Source: Coniocarpon cinnabarinum (Eukaryota). From it: a DNA stretch of 64,000 bases. The notes under the pieces were generated by a model. The model ran no database searches and had not been told where the DNA came from. It saw only the letters and a program-made list of their open reading frames with translations. The translations under genes and the position numbers were made by a program. Positions 1 through 13,578 of the stretch are shown here, piece after piece. The DNA is taken from contig JAVECO010000022.1 in NCBI GenBank assembly GCA_051942205.1, positions 62,001 to 126,000 of the forward strand, in the 5' to 3' direction. Positions within the stretch are counted from its first letter, which is position 1; every line of letters begins with the position of its first letter.

Positions 1-171
1 TATATCGTGTAGCCGGGCGTGTCAACATTCTCACCTCTCCGGCCACGTACTTTCCCACGGCTCCTAGCACACCGCAAGCCCTCTAAGTTCGCTCTCCCGA
101 TAGCTATTCCGCTTCCCCCGTTCTCTTGAACCTATTTGAATATAGCCTCGACGAAGCTTCAGGCCGACCAG

Positions 172-1210
172 ATGGAGGGAAACGCCCAGACTGAGCAAGA
201 TCTTCCCCTGCCGGGCCTCGCTTATCAGTCTTGCGGAGGATCTGATCGCCACCATGTCTCGACGCCGCTAGGCACTCGCATCAAACAAGAAACCGACGAA
301 GATGTCCAAGGACTTCAAGTGCGCGAGCTGCAAGGAGAAGAGCTGCGCGCCAGAAATGATGCCGTGCGCTACCACAGCTGGGCGCAAAACGATGAATTCC
401 ACGAAAGTGGCAACGAAATCGCTCTATCAACCTTGTAAGTGGAGAAAACTCGAGTTTATGTAAAGGTAGATTACTCACACAGTACAAAGAGGCTTGTCAG
501 GTCCAATTGCAACAGTATTTGTGGGCGAAGGGCGCAAAGAGCGGCGATTCGACGTTCACGAGCTGCTTGCATGTCGATTCTCTGGACTGTTCAGAGACGT
601 CTTCTGGAGAGAGTCACCTCGTGATGAAAGACCCAGACGCGCGCTGGGCCTCCCCGCCGAAGAGCCTTTAACTTTTGAGCTATTCGTGCAGTGGCTATAC
701 GCTCAGCCATTCTATGCGGCGTGGAACGGCAGCGTGGCAACCACGCTGCCGTTATTTCGACACAGACGGCTTGAACAGATCAAGGAATTGGCCGTTGACG
801 ACCTCCTTTTGCTGCACGGCCTCGCACAATTTCTGAAGTGCCCGCTTCTTCAAGCTTGCATTGGCGTCGCGCTTGGCACCGGGGACGGTGGACAGACTGG
901 GGCAGAAATGCCCAGAGTCGGGGAGGTCAATTTCGTGTACGAAAGCTGGGACGCGCCGCAGGAGTTCCGCCATGCACTCGTGGCACGATTTCTTCACCAT
1001 AATCCCGGAATGAACAGATCTGCCAACCTTCGACCATACCCCCGGCTGTTCTGGAACGATTGTCTCTGGGAGTTACGGCAGCAGCAAGCCAGGGAGGATG
1101 AAGGGAGTCTGCGGCACTTCGTGAAGCCGCCACCACCACCACGAGTAGATCCAGACAAGCCTCGTAGCCCTCCACCAGGGCATCCACAAGGGCAGGGACT
1201 GCCATACTGA
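172..1210 (+). CDS. BTB/POZ-domain protein
   Basis: ORF 494-1210 carries fungal BTB motifs (IATVFVGEG..RFDVHELLAC.FSGLF; LPAEEPLTFELFVQWLY). A probable first exon 172-434 joins through an intron 435(GTAAGT)-489(AAG). The 5' model is tentative. Confidence 0.75.
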
Positions 1211-1302
1211 CATTTCGGACCACAAAGCTATGAGTACAACGGCGACCGCCCTTTGCGAGTCAGAATACGGTGAATTAGAGTGGGATGAATTTCTCTGTAC
1301 GA

Positions 1303-2401
1303 CTATCCGAGCTTTCTTCTGTTTTCTATATCCAGTCGCTTGCGAGGACTACTATAGCGCCATAATGCTTCCGAATCGACGTATCCGGTCAGGGCATCAC
1401 TCGACGCATAGCTGTCCGTACTTCGCCCGCGCTTGTGCATGGATGTCAACAACGAGGACTCGACCTGCATCTGATTCCGATGGGCCTTGAATGCGTCGTC
1501 GCCCAAGACCAAAGCACAGAGAATGCTAGTCGCGGTGCCCGTCCAAGTAAGGGCCAGAGGTGCGGTACCTGTCCAGATATGACTTACCTGCGGCATCCAC
1601 TGCATCCATTTTGCGAGGTGCAAAACACTGTACGTCAATGTTGCTGACGCGAGCGCAAGACACAATGCTTGGCCACACATGGCTGCAACTGCTCTGTTCC
1701 GGACACGCGTATTTCGCAACCGCGCCTCCCCAGCTCCGTCGATAACAATACAACTCGGCAAGACGACGATGTTCGCTACGCAGCATGCACCCGCCACGAC
1801 GTAGAAGAAGAACGGCGAGAAGAAGTCGATGCGTCCAACAACGGAGTCGAAAGCGCGCTCTTGCGCGATGTAAGAGTCGGGACTGTATTGCGAGAAGCGA
1901 AATGAGCCAAGCGGACCCGCGTTGTAGCAGAGGCCGTACCCGCGTTGACGCGTAGGGTTGATGGCGCAGATGCGGTTGAGGGTTAAGCGATAGTGATAGA
2001 AATTGGCGATGGAGGTCGAGGGCGGTGGACCGTCGAAAAACCACTAGCGAGTCTCTTGTCAGCACTCAGTCTTTCCGCGTCTGGAACCCCGGATTATTGC
2101 AGTATTGCCTGGAATACTGGGTCCGACAACCGCATCTGATCGCGAGACATACCTGGAGCAATTCCATCCCGGGGTTACCGAGTCTGCTGACCGGGTTCTC
2201 GCGACTTGCGAGTGGCCAGCTCACGCCTCCAAGGTTGATGCATATGATTGTTCCCAAGCTGAAAAGCGACACCATCCACGCGATGAGGGCGATCAATCGA
2301 GACCTCGTAGGATTGGGTCTGACCGCATAGTGTCTACTGATCGTTTCATATAGCCTGTGGAGCTTCAGCCTGGGTGCTGGAGAGTTCGAAAGGATTCGCA
2401 T
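1303..2401 (-). CDS. Four-TM membrane protein, SUR7/PalI-like
   Basis: Exon 2401-2153, intron 2152(GTATGT)-2044(TAG), exon 2043-1303 are in frame. The product has an N-terminal TM, a Cys-containing loop and three further hydrophobic segments. A possible extra 5' exon from ATG 2550 also splices in frame. Confidence 0.6.
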
Positions 2402-3111
2402 TGTGTGCGCGTGGTTTCTGAGGGAGGCTGGATGACAAGCCCGGACGCGGGCTCGTGGGTGTAATCGCACAAAACAGTCACGCTTCACAGACGCTGACCA
2501 TGTCTACGAGCTGCAAATGAATGTGGTTCTCGCTGATGAAGATGTCTCATTCCTCTTCGCATTATCTACAGTGTGCGTCGCAGTAAGGCGCTTGAATACG
2601 GCCGCTCAAACACATAGGCTAACTTAGATGACGAGGACCGAGGCCCAGGGAATCGGACAGTCAAACGTCATGCATGGTATAAACTCATTGGGGACGAAAA
2701 GTAAGGAGCGTCCGGGGACGTATTGTGCCCGAGATGAGGATTAATAAGAGGAAGCCGACAAGACGGCGCGAAGGATGAAGACCAACGCTACTACACCTGC
2801 CGTGATCCGGCCAAATGAATACGAGTGCAGGGGGCTGGAAAGGTCGAGGTCCGTAAGCTTTATCACGTGACTTTATCCTCCACTTCCCTTTCTTCACGTC
2901 GATTGCACATTGAGCGGCGAAAATCTCGCGAAGCTGCTCCTCTAGCACTTTTTACAGTCAAGACTCAGAATGGCTGAAAAACATTGACTCTTTCCCGGGC
3001 CTACGAAGAGCCCTGGACATATTCGTACGGAGAATTGCACCTAGCAGGGGCTTGCAGCCTATCTTCGACCTTATGGAATTGAAACGTTTTTGAATATCTG
3101 ATCGCTCAGTC

Positions 3112-3917
3112 TCAAGCACTCGAGAAATGCTTGTATCCCACGTCCTTGACAAACGTCTGCTGCCATGGTCCCTGCGACTTGCCCTCAGCCAGATCAACGT
3201 AATGTTTGGCAGCTGCCGCACCACTGATGTCCATGAATGCCGCCGACCCATCAGCTTTTCTTTCGTCGGCGTAGTAGAATCTAAGCAGAGTCAGGCACTG
3301 ATAAAACGCCATAGAATGGGGACACAGGCACATACTTGAATCCACGGTCTTGATATGCCGTTGCAGCCGACTGGATCATGTGTGCAGTCGCCGACTTCCC
3401 CACACCCAAGCTCATGAGCGGCGCAATGGTGAAAGGCGTGTTCAAGAGGTTGCCAGTGTAGATGAACGTTTTCGAAGCGGAATCTGGGAGCTGCTCAAAG
3501 CCTTGAACGGCCTGTTGTGCAGCAACAAGGACACTCATTGTATTGATATTCAAGTCGTTCGTGAAGTCCTTCAAAGGGATGGAAAAGGGGTGCTTGGGCT
3601 CATTCTGCGTAGCCGCGCCAGCTTCGAGACCGTGAGCTCTTCCGCGCCAGATATTTCGCTAATTGACGCTTACCATTGTACACCACGACACTAGGTGTAC
3701 CCAACAGCTGCTTGACTTTCGTGAATACCCCAACGACAGACTCTGGATTCGAAAGGTCGCTAGAGATGTTGACTCGAGTTGAGGTATTCTCCTCCTCTTT
3801 GGCTTTTCGAGCCGTGAGCGCAATCCTGTAGCCTTTTGCAGCGAACGCTTGCGCCACGTGCTGCCCAACGTTGGAGCCCGCGCCCAAAATCAGGAGGATT
3901 GGTGATGTGCTTGCCAT
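3112..3917 (-). CDS. Short-chain dehydrogenase/reductase (atypical)
   Basis: ILGAGSNVG Rossmann motif, VVVYNA, and LGVGKSA in place of YxxxK. Introns 3673-3622 and 3335-3281 restore the frame. Confidence 0.85.
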
Positions 3918-4469
3918 TGTGCAGGTATGGATGCTTGCTATGCCAAATTGTGAGCTCGATGCAGTGCTCCCGGTTCAAACCTTCTGCATCATTTTATATT
4001 CAGGTCCATGATACTCCGCACTGCCAGAGGCGTACTTCTGGAAAATGCATTCCGCTTTATTGATGTGAGGCGTCTTTCTAATCGATACCAGCAAAAACAG
4101 CGCCAATCAAATGAGCAGTGCTGAATCTGGGTCAACGACGCGGAATATTAGACTTCGACGCGTTCAGCAATGACCAATCACAATAGTGACATTACGCCTG
4201 ATTAGCCAATGTGGCTGACCAAGACACTTGTGACAGCTCCGTTTTGGGTAAGGCTTGGGTTTGAGAAATACGAGAGGGAGCATAAGCTGCGTAAGGTAAG
4301 AATCGAAACTTCTATGTGTTCCGGCCCGTTGATTACCACGCATGAGAACCATATAACAGCGGTAGCAACAGGATAATGATGGACTGTGTTCAGACATTTC
4401 GTCCCATCGGCGCAGATACCTTCGAGACTCGGGACACTTTCTCCGCTTCATTTCCACTTTCATCTGACA

Positions 4470-5870
4470 ATGACCGCGAACGTTCTTATCACTGGCGCCG
4501 CAGGCTTTATTGGCGGCTCTGTCATCACAGAGTTAGCAGCAAGCAACAACTCTTTGCTTGACCGACAGCACGTCTTCGCGGCAATTCGGTCTGAAGAGCA
4601 AGCTCAGGCTTTGTCGACTTTAGGGGTTAATGTGCTTCGATTGGCCTTGAATGATGAAGAGGCGGTGGCTGAGGCGGTCTCGAAGAACAATAGTGCGTAA
4701 TCGTTTTTGATTGAGTAAGCGAAGCGCTGATCCCTCTCCAGTTAGTATTGTGATACACGTTGCCAGCTCAATCGACCCAGGACTGGCGTTACCCCTGATC
4801 GATGCTTTGAGTAAACGGAAGGAGGCCACAGGGGACAAAACATATTTCATTCACGTAGGCATCACTCTGCTCGTCATTTTACAGTCACTCACAGCGCTGT
4901 AGACCTCGGCACTGAGCGCCTTCTACGAGAAGTGTGGATGGCCAGCAGGGAAAACGCAAGACACAGGACCAATATTCGAGACCGAGAAGCGCTTAGCAGA
5001 CTCTTACCCAGTTCGAAAGGTGAGGTCGATTTTCCTACAATAATAGTTGGCCAGATCGTATCCTCTAACTTGTATAGACCGACGTTGCTGTAATTGAGCA
5101 TGCACAAGCTCGAGGCGTGACCAGCTTCGTGATCGTGCCGTCTCTAATCTGTGAGTAGCACCAGTGTCGAAAGCTCAGGCGCGCGATCTGTGTGGCTAAT
5201 CGCATCGTATAGATGGCAAAGGCACTGGTCCATGGAACAAGCTGTCAGTGGTCTTGCCTCCTATCGTGCAAGCAAGTATCAAGCGCAACGGTGTCAACAA
5301 ATTCCCTGAGAACACGGTGGGTACCTATCATGTGGAACACCTTCACTTCATTTGTTGCTGAGACCAGTTCAGAAAGTATCGGGTTCACATGTCTCAGACC
5401 TGACAGCTCTCTACCGGAAGGTTGTTGAAAAGATCCTCTCGAAAGAAACCATTCCCAGTGACACCGAAGGCTACTACTTTGCCACAGCCCATGACATTTA
5501 CCTCTGGGAGGCCTCGGACCACTTGGCTGCTGCACTGAAGGCTCGCGGTCTGGTCACGGATTCGACAACAAAAATCTGGGCCAACGACGAAGAGGCAGCG
5601 GAAGCACTGGGCGTTCCTGTTGCCTTCTTGCAGGCCTTATGGAACTCTGGGTATGTCTACGCCGTTAATCATCGAATAGGTCAAGTTGGCTAATGCAGAT
5701 TCAGTGACGACCTCGTATCCGAGCGTACTCGCGCCATCGGCTGGAACCCGGCATGGGATAGAGAGCGCTTCTTGCGGAACATCGATGACGAGGTTGTAGC
5801 AGTGCTGGAGGAGGAGAAGCCCAAGAGCAGTCTCATTGACTCGCTGCACGAAGCAGCTAAAGCTCACTGA
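4470..5870 (+). CDS. NAD(P)-binding Rossmann protein (epimerase/dehydratase-like)
   Basis: Starts MTANVLITGAAGFIGG. Six GT-AG introns give a continuous frame ending ..IGWNPAWD..KAH-TGA 5870. Confidence 0.85.
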
Positions 5871-6486
5871 GGACTAGGAGACCTGAGCGATACCACAGAA
5901 TTTAGCGAGGTGGCGAGGTGGCCCTAAAATGGCGTAATCATTTTTTGGACGAGCCGCGCGCCAAGAATGCCATCATTGTCTTCCATCCTACCTCAAACAA
6001 TGCTGACACAACGTGCTCCATGATGGTACCTAGTCGACGTTCTGAACGTCGGCGACTTTACTCGAAGCTTGCTGTCACTGTGTGGACCGACGCTGTCTAA
6101 AGACTTGCACTTGCTGCGAGGGAAGGTCCTCAAGACCTAAACTGAAAGTCCCGTACAATCCATGCTCGAGTAGCGTGTGACTGACCGATATCAAGTAATG
6201 AGCATGAAATGCTGAAGCGTCCCTGCCACGCGTGCTGAACTTCTCAGTGGCGTCCTCTGTCCAGGAGAGACCCTGATTATTAGGCTTTCCAAAAGACTGG
6301 GCTGATTCGAGCGTCGGTGTGATACTGAAACATGACCAGAAAAAGGAACAGCTCATCAAGCTGACGCTGACTGACCCCGTCAGCACGTGAACTGCTCTGA
6401 ATCTTATCATTTGTAAACACTTGTATACAACATCTATGTTTCACTTGGCTTCGCTTTTATAGAAAAGACTCGCTTAAGCTTGTTCG

Positions 6487-7214
6487 ATGGCCACGGCAAC
6501 GTCCTCGACCGGCGTTTTGAAGCGCAGCGTCACGAACGACATGACGTACAAGATAGAAGCTAAAGTGCACGTGAGCCTGAGCTCACACAGCGCAAAATGG
6601 GGTACGTCCCTTCGAGTGCCTTCTCAATATCTTCCTGATCCTTGCCACATCCCCCTGAACTCCACTGATGTCAATACCCAGAGCTCCATGGCGAAAACGA
6701 AGTGCTCAAGAAGTGGGAACCTTGCATCATCAAATATTTCATGAGCGATTGGGAACACAAACCTCTTCTAGACGAGGACAAAGACGTCAGAGAAGAACGT
6801 CATTGGATACTTCACTTTCGACCGAAGTCTACCACTGAAAAGAGGTCTTCGTCCGAGGGAAGAGGATCGCAGGATGGTAAACGATCGCAGGATGGTAAAC
6901 GATCGCAGGAGAGCAAACGATCGCACGAGGGTGACGGACCGCTTGGCGACGTCGACGCGAAATTGCGATCGCACAAGTTCAAAGTGATTTCAGCGGATAT
7001 GGAGTCGCCTCGTCGCATGATGGAATATGAGGCTTCGCATCCGGAGAACCCACCAGACTTGTCAGATATCAATGGGCATAACGAGACAGGCTCTAGCAGC
7101 GGGGAGAGCAGTGCGGCAGAGTCACCGAAGTCCACACGATCAAACTTATCTGACAAGTTCAAATCACTGAAACCGCATACACCTGCTTGGGTCAAAAAGC
7201 TCAAAGACAAGTGA
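6487..7214 (+). CDS. Hypothetical protein with Ser/charged low-complexity C-terminal half
   Basis: ATG 6487; intron 6602(GTACGT)-6681(CAG) joins the two ORFs in frame. Confidence 0.65.
6865..6925 (+). repeat. 18-bp coding tandem repeat (RSQDGK-like)
   Basis: GATCGCAGGATGGTAAAC twice, then one diverged copy and one partial copy. Confidence 0.9.
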
Positions 7215-7416
7215 ACGACGTCCGTCGAAGCAAGGAGGGTAGGTAGAATGTTTATACGTGTTGAGTCGCTGTTTGGTATTTGGGCTACACACAATGAACA
7301 CATTTGAATCGTTTTGAGAGAGATGAAAAGAACACCGATCGCTATGCTCAACGCCCGTAACGACTCTCACGCTCTCACACTCGAGGTATCAGAATATTCT
7401 CAACACCACGACCTCA

Positions 7417-9273
7417 TCACCGTCCCATCCTGATCACGCCCGCCGCCATCAACTTTTGGATATTCGTCCTCACGCGCGCATCCTTCATATGATCCTGCAA
7501 CGCCTTCGGATCGCCCTTCGCTTGCTGCAGAATACTCTGCATGACCGGGTCCTGCAGTATTCCCACAATCTCCGGGTCCTTCTGGATACGCTCCATCGTC
7601 TGTTCCTCCGTCTCGCCCGCCTGGCGCGAATACTGCGCCTCCATGGCCTTCTGCTCCTGTGCCGCGATCTCACGCTGGTTCTTGCCGTCCGTGTCGTGCT
7701 CGTGCGCCAAAGTGCAGACATCAATGCACTTGCTAAATTCGCGCATGGCGAACAGGGCTTGGGCCTTGCGAAGGTACGCGCGGATGAAAGCGGGGTCCAG
7801 CTCCAGGGCTTTGTCGCAGTCTTGCACGGCTGAGGGAAACGTGAGGAGCTTAATGAAGCAGGCGGCGCGATTGGAGTAGCCGCGTGGATCAGTGGGAGCA
7901 CGTGCAATCATCTCGCTGTAGGCGTCGACGGCTGCGGGCCAGTCCGAAGCCTTGAACTTCTCGCTGCCCAATTCGCGAGCCTTTTCCGCTTCCTCCGGGC
8001 TCATGTACGCATTCTTTTCGCGGGTGGTCTTGTCCTTTTCGGCGGCGCGGAGCTTGGCGAGGATATCGGGTGTGCGATGCTCAGTCAAGGAACGCTGGTA
8101 GTTGTCGATGGCTTGGGAGAGGTCGTCTTTCTTCTCGTAGCAGGAACCGATTCGCCCAAAGGCTTTGGCGATGAGCTTGAAGTCAGAAAGCATCTCGCGG
8201 CCTTCGCTGATGGCTTCGCGGCATGTGGCAATGGCAGTGTCGTAATCGCCTTTCTCGTACTCTGCGGCAGAGCGGTTGGTCAGATACGTAATGTCTTTGT
8301 GAGTTTCCCAAGCTTTTGTGTAGTGCGAGATAGCCTCGTCAAACTGTCGCTTTTTGTAGTTTTCCGTTCCCAGCTTCTTCTCTTCGTCAGCCTTTGCCTT
8401 TGCTGCTTTCTTCTCTCTGGCCTCTTCATCGTCAGGCTCAGGTTCAGGCTCAGGCTCTGGTTGTTTGGGTTGAGGAGGTGGCTGTGAGGGTGACGGCCTT
8501 GCATCAGGCATCTCGACGTCTTCCTCTTTCTCCGCTGCTGACGATTTCGCCATTTCTTCCGCTTCTCCAGGTCCGCCCATCTTCATGTCCACGCCCAGCA
8601 GCACACCAAGCACTTGCATGAAGCGTGGGTCACCAAGCTTCTGGGATATCATGCTCGGGTTCTTTTGGAGCTGCATCAGCTCTGACATGAACTGACTGTC
8701 GCCCAGTAGCCCACTGGTCTTAGGATTGCTCGCTAGCTTTTGGATGAGGTTGGGATCTGAGAACATGCCGCCAAGGCCACCGCTGGGGTCTCCACCCATG
8801 CCGCCCTCTGCGTCTATTGCCCGTTGCACAGCTTCACGGCCTGATTTTGCTTGTGCATTACTTGCATCGAGCTTCAATGCCTCGTCGAAAGCGTCAACAG
8901 CGCCCACTGCCCTCATGTCAGCTCGTGATCAGCAAAACTGTAATTGCTTCACAGCTCACCTAAATCTCCTTGACCATGAAGTGCACCGCCCTTTCTGCTC
9001 CAACCTTTGCTCCAATCCGGCTTGATCTCAGTCGTCTTGTTTGCATCTTCAAGGGCATGCTGCCAGTCCTTCTTGGAAGCATACGCTCCAGATCTGTTTG
9101 AGTAGAGGACGTGGTTGTCTGGCTGAAGCTCGATAGCCTTCCCAAAGCTCTCACTTGGTTTCGTCAGCGTTAGTACCTCCCGAGAAACATACGCTGAAAG
9201 CTCACATTGCTTCGTCAAAGTTCTTGGCCGCGAAAGCCTTGTTGCCTTGAGCTTTGAATTCGTCCGCGCTCAT
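7417..9273 (-). CDS. STI1: Hsp70/Hsp90 co-chaperone Sti1/Hop
   Basis: Starts [17 protein letters not shown]1-DP1-TPR2A-TPR2B-DP2 layout. Introns 9205-9154 and 8959-8907. Confidence 0.97.
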
Positions 9274-9601
9274 GGTCTAATGAGTGGGGCACAGAAGACG
9301 ATGGATTCAAGACGGATGCAGTCAACTTGGTGGATTCTACTAGAATTGATCGAAGTGTCGTAGAACAGAGGTTTGTATTTGATTAACAATTTGCGAAACT
9401 CCCTTCGCTATTTCTTCATTTCTTCAGATGGAGCCATAGAGCTTTCTAGATGAACTAACCCCACTTGGTTTCTAGCGTGACTCTAAGCCAGCTTCAGCCT
9501 TACAGTGGATGAGCCGCCTGTTCCCTCGTCCCGTCTCGTCTTAGACCTTATACAGCTGATGGTAGTCATTCAATGGCCGCCGGAGACAGCTGCTGGAGGT
9601 C

Positions 9602-10636
9602 ATGGCGATGCAGTGCGTAGCTCTTCATCAATGGCGCGAGAGTACACCCTGGGCATCCGATAAGATTCGAGTATCAGGCTTGAAGATTGACGCAAACGTT
9701 GGGTTCGATGCATGGGGCCGACCAGGTATCCAACCTGTCGAAATCAATGTTGAAATTGGGTTGCAGAACACCATTTCATCAGCGGCGGCCAGCGACGCCT
9801 TGGACGAGAGTACTGTCCATTATGGCAATTTAAGCAAGATCATTCGAAGCCGTGTGCCTCAGGATGGAGAGCAATGGCAGCTCCCTGATGCGTTCGCCCA
9901 TCAGATGATGGAGGTTGTCCGGGATGCAGCATCAAAGTCCGCCAAAATTTCGTTCATCGAGATGAGCATTGCATTCCCAGAGGCCAGTCTTTATGGCCAA
10001 GACTCATGTCTCTCCGTCAGCCTCAACCATCCCTTGGAGCTGTCTTCCGTGACTTTTAGCTTGCACCGCCTGCAGATGCCTGCACTCATAGGAGTCAATG
10101 CTCGTGAACGAGTTCGGAAGCAGATGATCATCGTAGATTTGTTCATCGACCGGCTGAAACCACATGTATCAAACGAATGCTACAGAGTGGAGCAGCTGGT
10201 AGTGAAGGTAAGCCAGCAGAAGCTCCCAATTTTGCAATGGGAATTAAGACCAAGCTTGTGATGTGATACGAGGAGCGCTCATGATTGGATTCCGATGCTA
10301 ATCAAAGACATGCAGACCGTTGAAGAATCCGCCTTTGAGACACTGGAATCTCTTTGTGAGAGTGTGACGTCAAAAGTGATCAAATACTTTGTGATTGCCA
10401 ACCAGCCTCTGAAACCTAACTTTGAAGCCGAGCCGGCGGGTGTAGGAGTGAAGATTGCAAAGCCCAGCGCCGTTCCACGGGCTGACGCAGCTGCTGTGGA
10501 AATATACAGGAGCGCTCAACCCGACAATGCGTATGGGAAACGCCTATACGCTGAGCTTGGAAACAAAAGACCAAAGGTGCCTTACCCTCTGGAGGGTCGT
10601 CTGGACGAGTTCCTGCAGGCATGGAAGCAGGATTGA
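9602..10636 (+). CDS. Dihydroneopterin aldolase with tandem FolB-type domains
   Basis: Domain 1: DKIRVSGL..VGFDAWGR..QPV..STVHYG. Domain 2: IGVNARER..KQ, FETLESL, KIAKPSA. Intron 10208-10315. Confidence 0.85.
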
Positions 10637-11621
10637 ATCGAGCCTGCTTTGATAAACATGAAGACAACATGGATGACGGCCCGAAACGCTTCTTTGTGTC
10701 AAGCATTTCTCCAGGCAATGCCTGCAAGTCTGACTTCATGTTGAAGGTCAACAAAATGAAGTGGGTACCCCACGAGCGCCCCAGCGCAATACACATGCCT
10801 GTCTGGTATGCTCTGGGACCCTGTCTGAGCACATGATTTCGTTGGTGACACAGGCGGTCGGAATGGAGTGAAAGTGGCTTATGCAAACATTGCAAGCAGG
10901 CTCCAACGGTGCGAACGGAAGGCGTGTTTCAGCTCTTTAGGGGTGACCACGTGCGAGTAGAACACGGAGTACAGAGTAGATGAAGTGGTTTCCTGCATGG
11001 GTTGAGACATGATTCTCGCACACCAAGAGGGACTGGGGAATCATCAAAGAACAAGGGGAGACTTGCAAGTCGCCGCCGAATCGACGACTCAAAAAGTGGA
11101 CAGCAGCATCGTCGGCGTGTGCTCCTCCCTCTTGCCCTGCTTTGTCCCAGTGAAGGTGTTGGGGGAGCAAACAGTGAGGGTGGGGGAGCGACGTCCCCTA
11201 GCAACATTGGAAGATTGAGCGGCGTCGATCTTTCCCAACACGGGGGCGAGCTAGACGCCCTAACCGTGCAGGGCTCACATCACCACCAGCTCGTTGCATG
11301 ACAAGAAAAAAATTATACATCTGCTCAATGGAAGCCTCTTTCTGAAACTTCCCTACATATTCGAGTCGTCTGTTCAGCTGCGATAGCTGCACACACACTT
11401 TTCATCTCCAGTTTCGGTGCTCGTCCGAGGTCTTGACAGCGGCCGCGTCCCGTGAGTCTTCCGTCCTTTTGGACCCCAGCCCTCCTTCATCTTCCATCCC
11501 TCCATATACCCACTCGGTGGAGCTCTCTCCGCCCAGCCAACTCTCTAACACTCTTTTTTTCTCCTCAGGCGTACCCAGCCAACCCACTCATTCTCCCTTC
11601 TCTCTGGATCAGACTCTCGCA

Positions 11622-13578
11622 ATGGCCCAGAAAGTCATGGATGCCCTCCCGTCCCATCTCAAGAGTGCCGTCGGCGCCAATGGCGTCGTGGATGGCGAAC
11701 GACACCACGGCAAGACTCAAAGCCACGTGGTAAGTTGCAAGCTCTGCTTCAAATCCCTTGCTTCACTTCCACCTCTGCCAACGCGAACTCGCTGCGTGTT
11801 TAAGTCGATGTGACGGTCCTGTGGTGTTGGTGGGGGGCACCCAGTGTTTGTCCTATTTACTGGAAATGAAACGTTTGCCTGTACAGGAAACGAGGTGTCA
11901 CTGCATCTCCCTTACCCCATTGGCAACCCTCAACTCCTGACTTCCACATCTTGGAGCTTTTTGGCAACACTTCACAACAATCACAACCTTTGTACTACTC
12001 TGGCATTAGACACATGAGCCTGTAGCGTTTCTGATTACTGACAACACCATGTCGGAACAGGCTTTTGAGAATACCTCCACCTCAGTCGCCGCGTCTCAGA
12101 TGCGCAATGCCCTCAACGCTTTGGCCGACACGGTCAAGGACTCGTCTGAGAAGCAGGTGAGTGCATACGAGACTCCCTTCACCACTGACAGTCACTGACG
12201 CCATCCGCAGCGCTTCGAAACCGAGATGGACAACTTCTTCGCCCTCTTCCGGCGCTTTCTGAACGACCGCGCCAAGGGCAACGCCGTCGAGTGGTCGCGC
12301 ATTGCTCCTCCCAAGCCTGAGCAGGTGGTCGACTACTCTGATCTCCCCAACTCTGACTCGGTCGAATTTCTCGACAAGCTTGCCGTCATCAAGCTCAACG
12401 GGGGCCTGGGTACCTCCATGGGTTGCGTTGGACCAAAATCAGTCATTGAGGTCCGTGATGGCATGTCCTTCCTCGATCTGTCTGTCCGTCAGATTGAATA
12501 CCTCAACCGCACATACAACGTCAATGTCCCATTCGTCCTCATGAACTCCTTCAACACCGACTCAGACACTGCAAGCATCATCAAGAAGTATGAAGGCCAC
12601 AACCTCGACATCATGACATTCAACCAGTCCAGATATCCTCGTGTGGTCAAGGACTCTCTCCTTCCTGCGCCCAAGTCGTACGACTCTGCAGGGTCAGACT
12701 GGTACCCACCAGGCCACGGAGACGTGTTCGAGTCCTTGTACAACAGCGGGATTCTGGACAAGCTTCTCAGCCGCGGCAAAGAGATCATTTTCCTGTCAAA
12801 CGCCGACAATCTGGGAGCAGTCGTCGATCTCAGCATCTTGCAGCACATGGTCGAGACCAAGGCCGAGTACATCATGGAATTGACCGACAAGACCAAGGCG
12901 GATGTCAAGGGAGGTACCATCATCGACTACGAAGGCCAAGCCCGTCTGCTTGAGGTGGCACAGGTGCCAAAGCAGTACGTTAATGAGTTCAAGTCGATCA
13001 AAAAGTTCAAATACTTCAACACCAACAACATCTGGATGAATCTGCGTGCCGTCAAGCGCATTGTCGAGAACAACGAGTTGTCCATGGAGATCATCCCCAA
13101 CGAGAAGAGCATTCCCGCTGACAAGAAGGGCGAGTCTGACATCAGCATCGTGCAGCTTGAGACTGCCGTTGGCGCTGCCATTCGTCACTTTGGCAATGCT
13201 CACGGAGTCAACGTGCCCCGTCGACGTTTCTTGCCCGTCAAGACATGCTCAGATCTCATGCTGGTCAAATCCGACCTTTACGCCCTGAAGCATGGCCAGC
13301 TCCTCATGGACCCCAATCGCTTCGGCCCAGCTCCCCTTATCAAGCTCGGCAGCGACTTCAAGAAGGTGTCCAGCTTCTTATCACGCATCCCAAGCATGCC
13401 CAAAGTGGTCGAACTTGATCATCTCACCATTACCGGCAAGGTCAACTTCGGTCGGGGGGTGACGCTGAAGGGCACTGTCATCATTGTTGCTACTGAGGGT
13501 CAGACCATTGACATTCCGCCGGGCTCGGTCCTCGAAAATGTTGTCGTCCAGGGCAGCTTGAGATTGCTTGAGCACTAG
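11622..13578 (+). CDS. UGP1: UTP-glucose-1-phosphate uridylyltransferase
   Basis: [25 protein letters not shown] and [10 protein letters not shown] motifs. Introns 11730-12060 and 12157-12210. Confidence 0.98.

Noticed and set aside
9330..9455. Heat-shock element upstream of STI1
   Set aside because: Only degenerate units are present (GAGctTTCtaGAT at 9439-9451), with no clean nGAAnnTTCn array.
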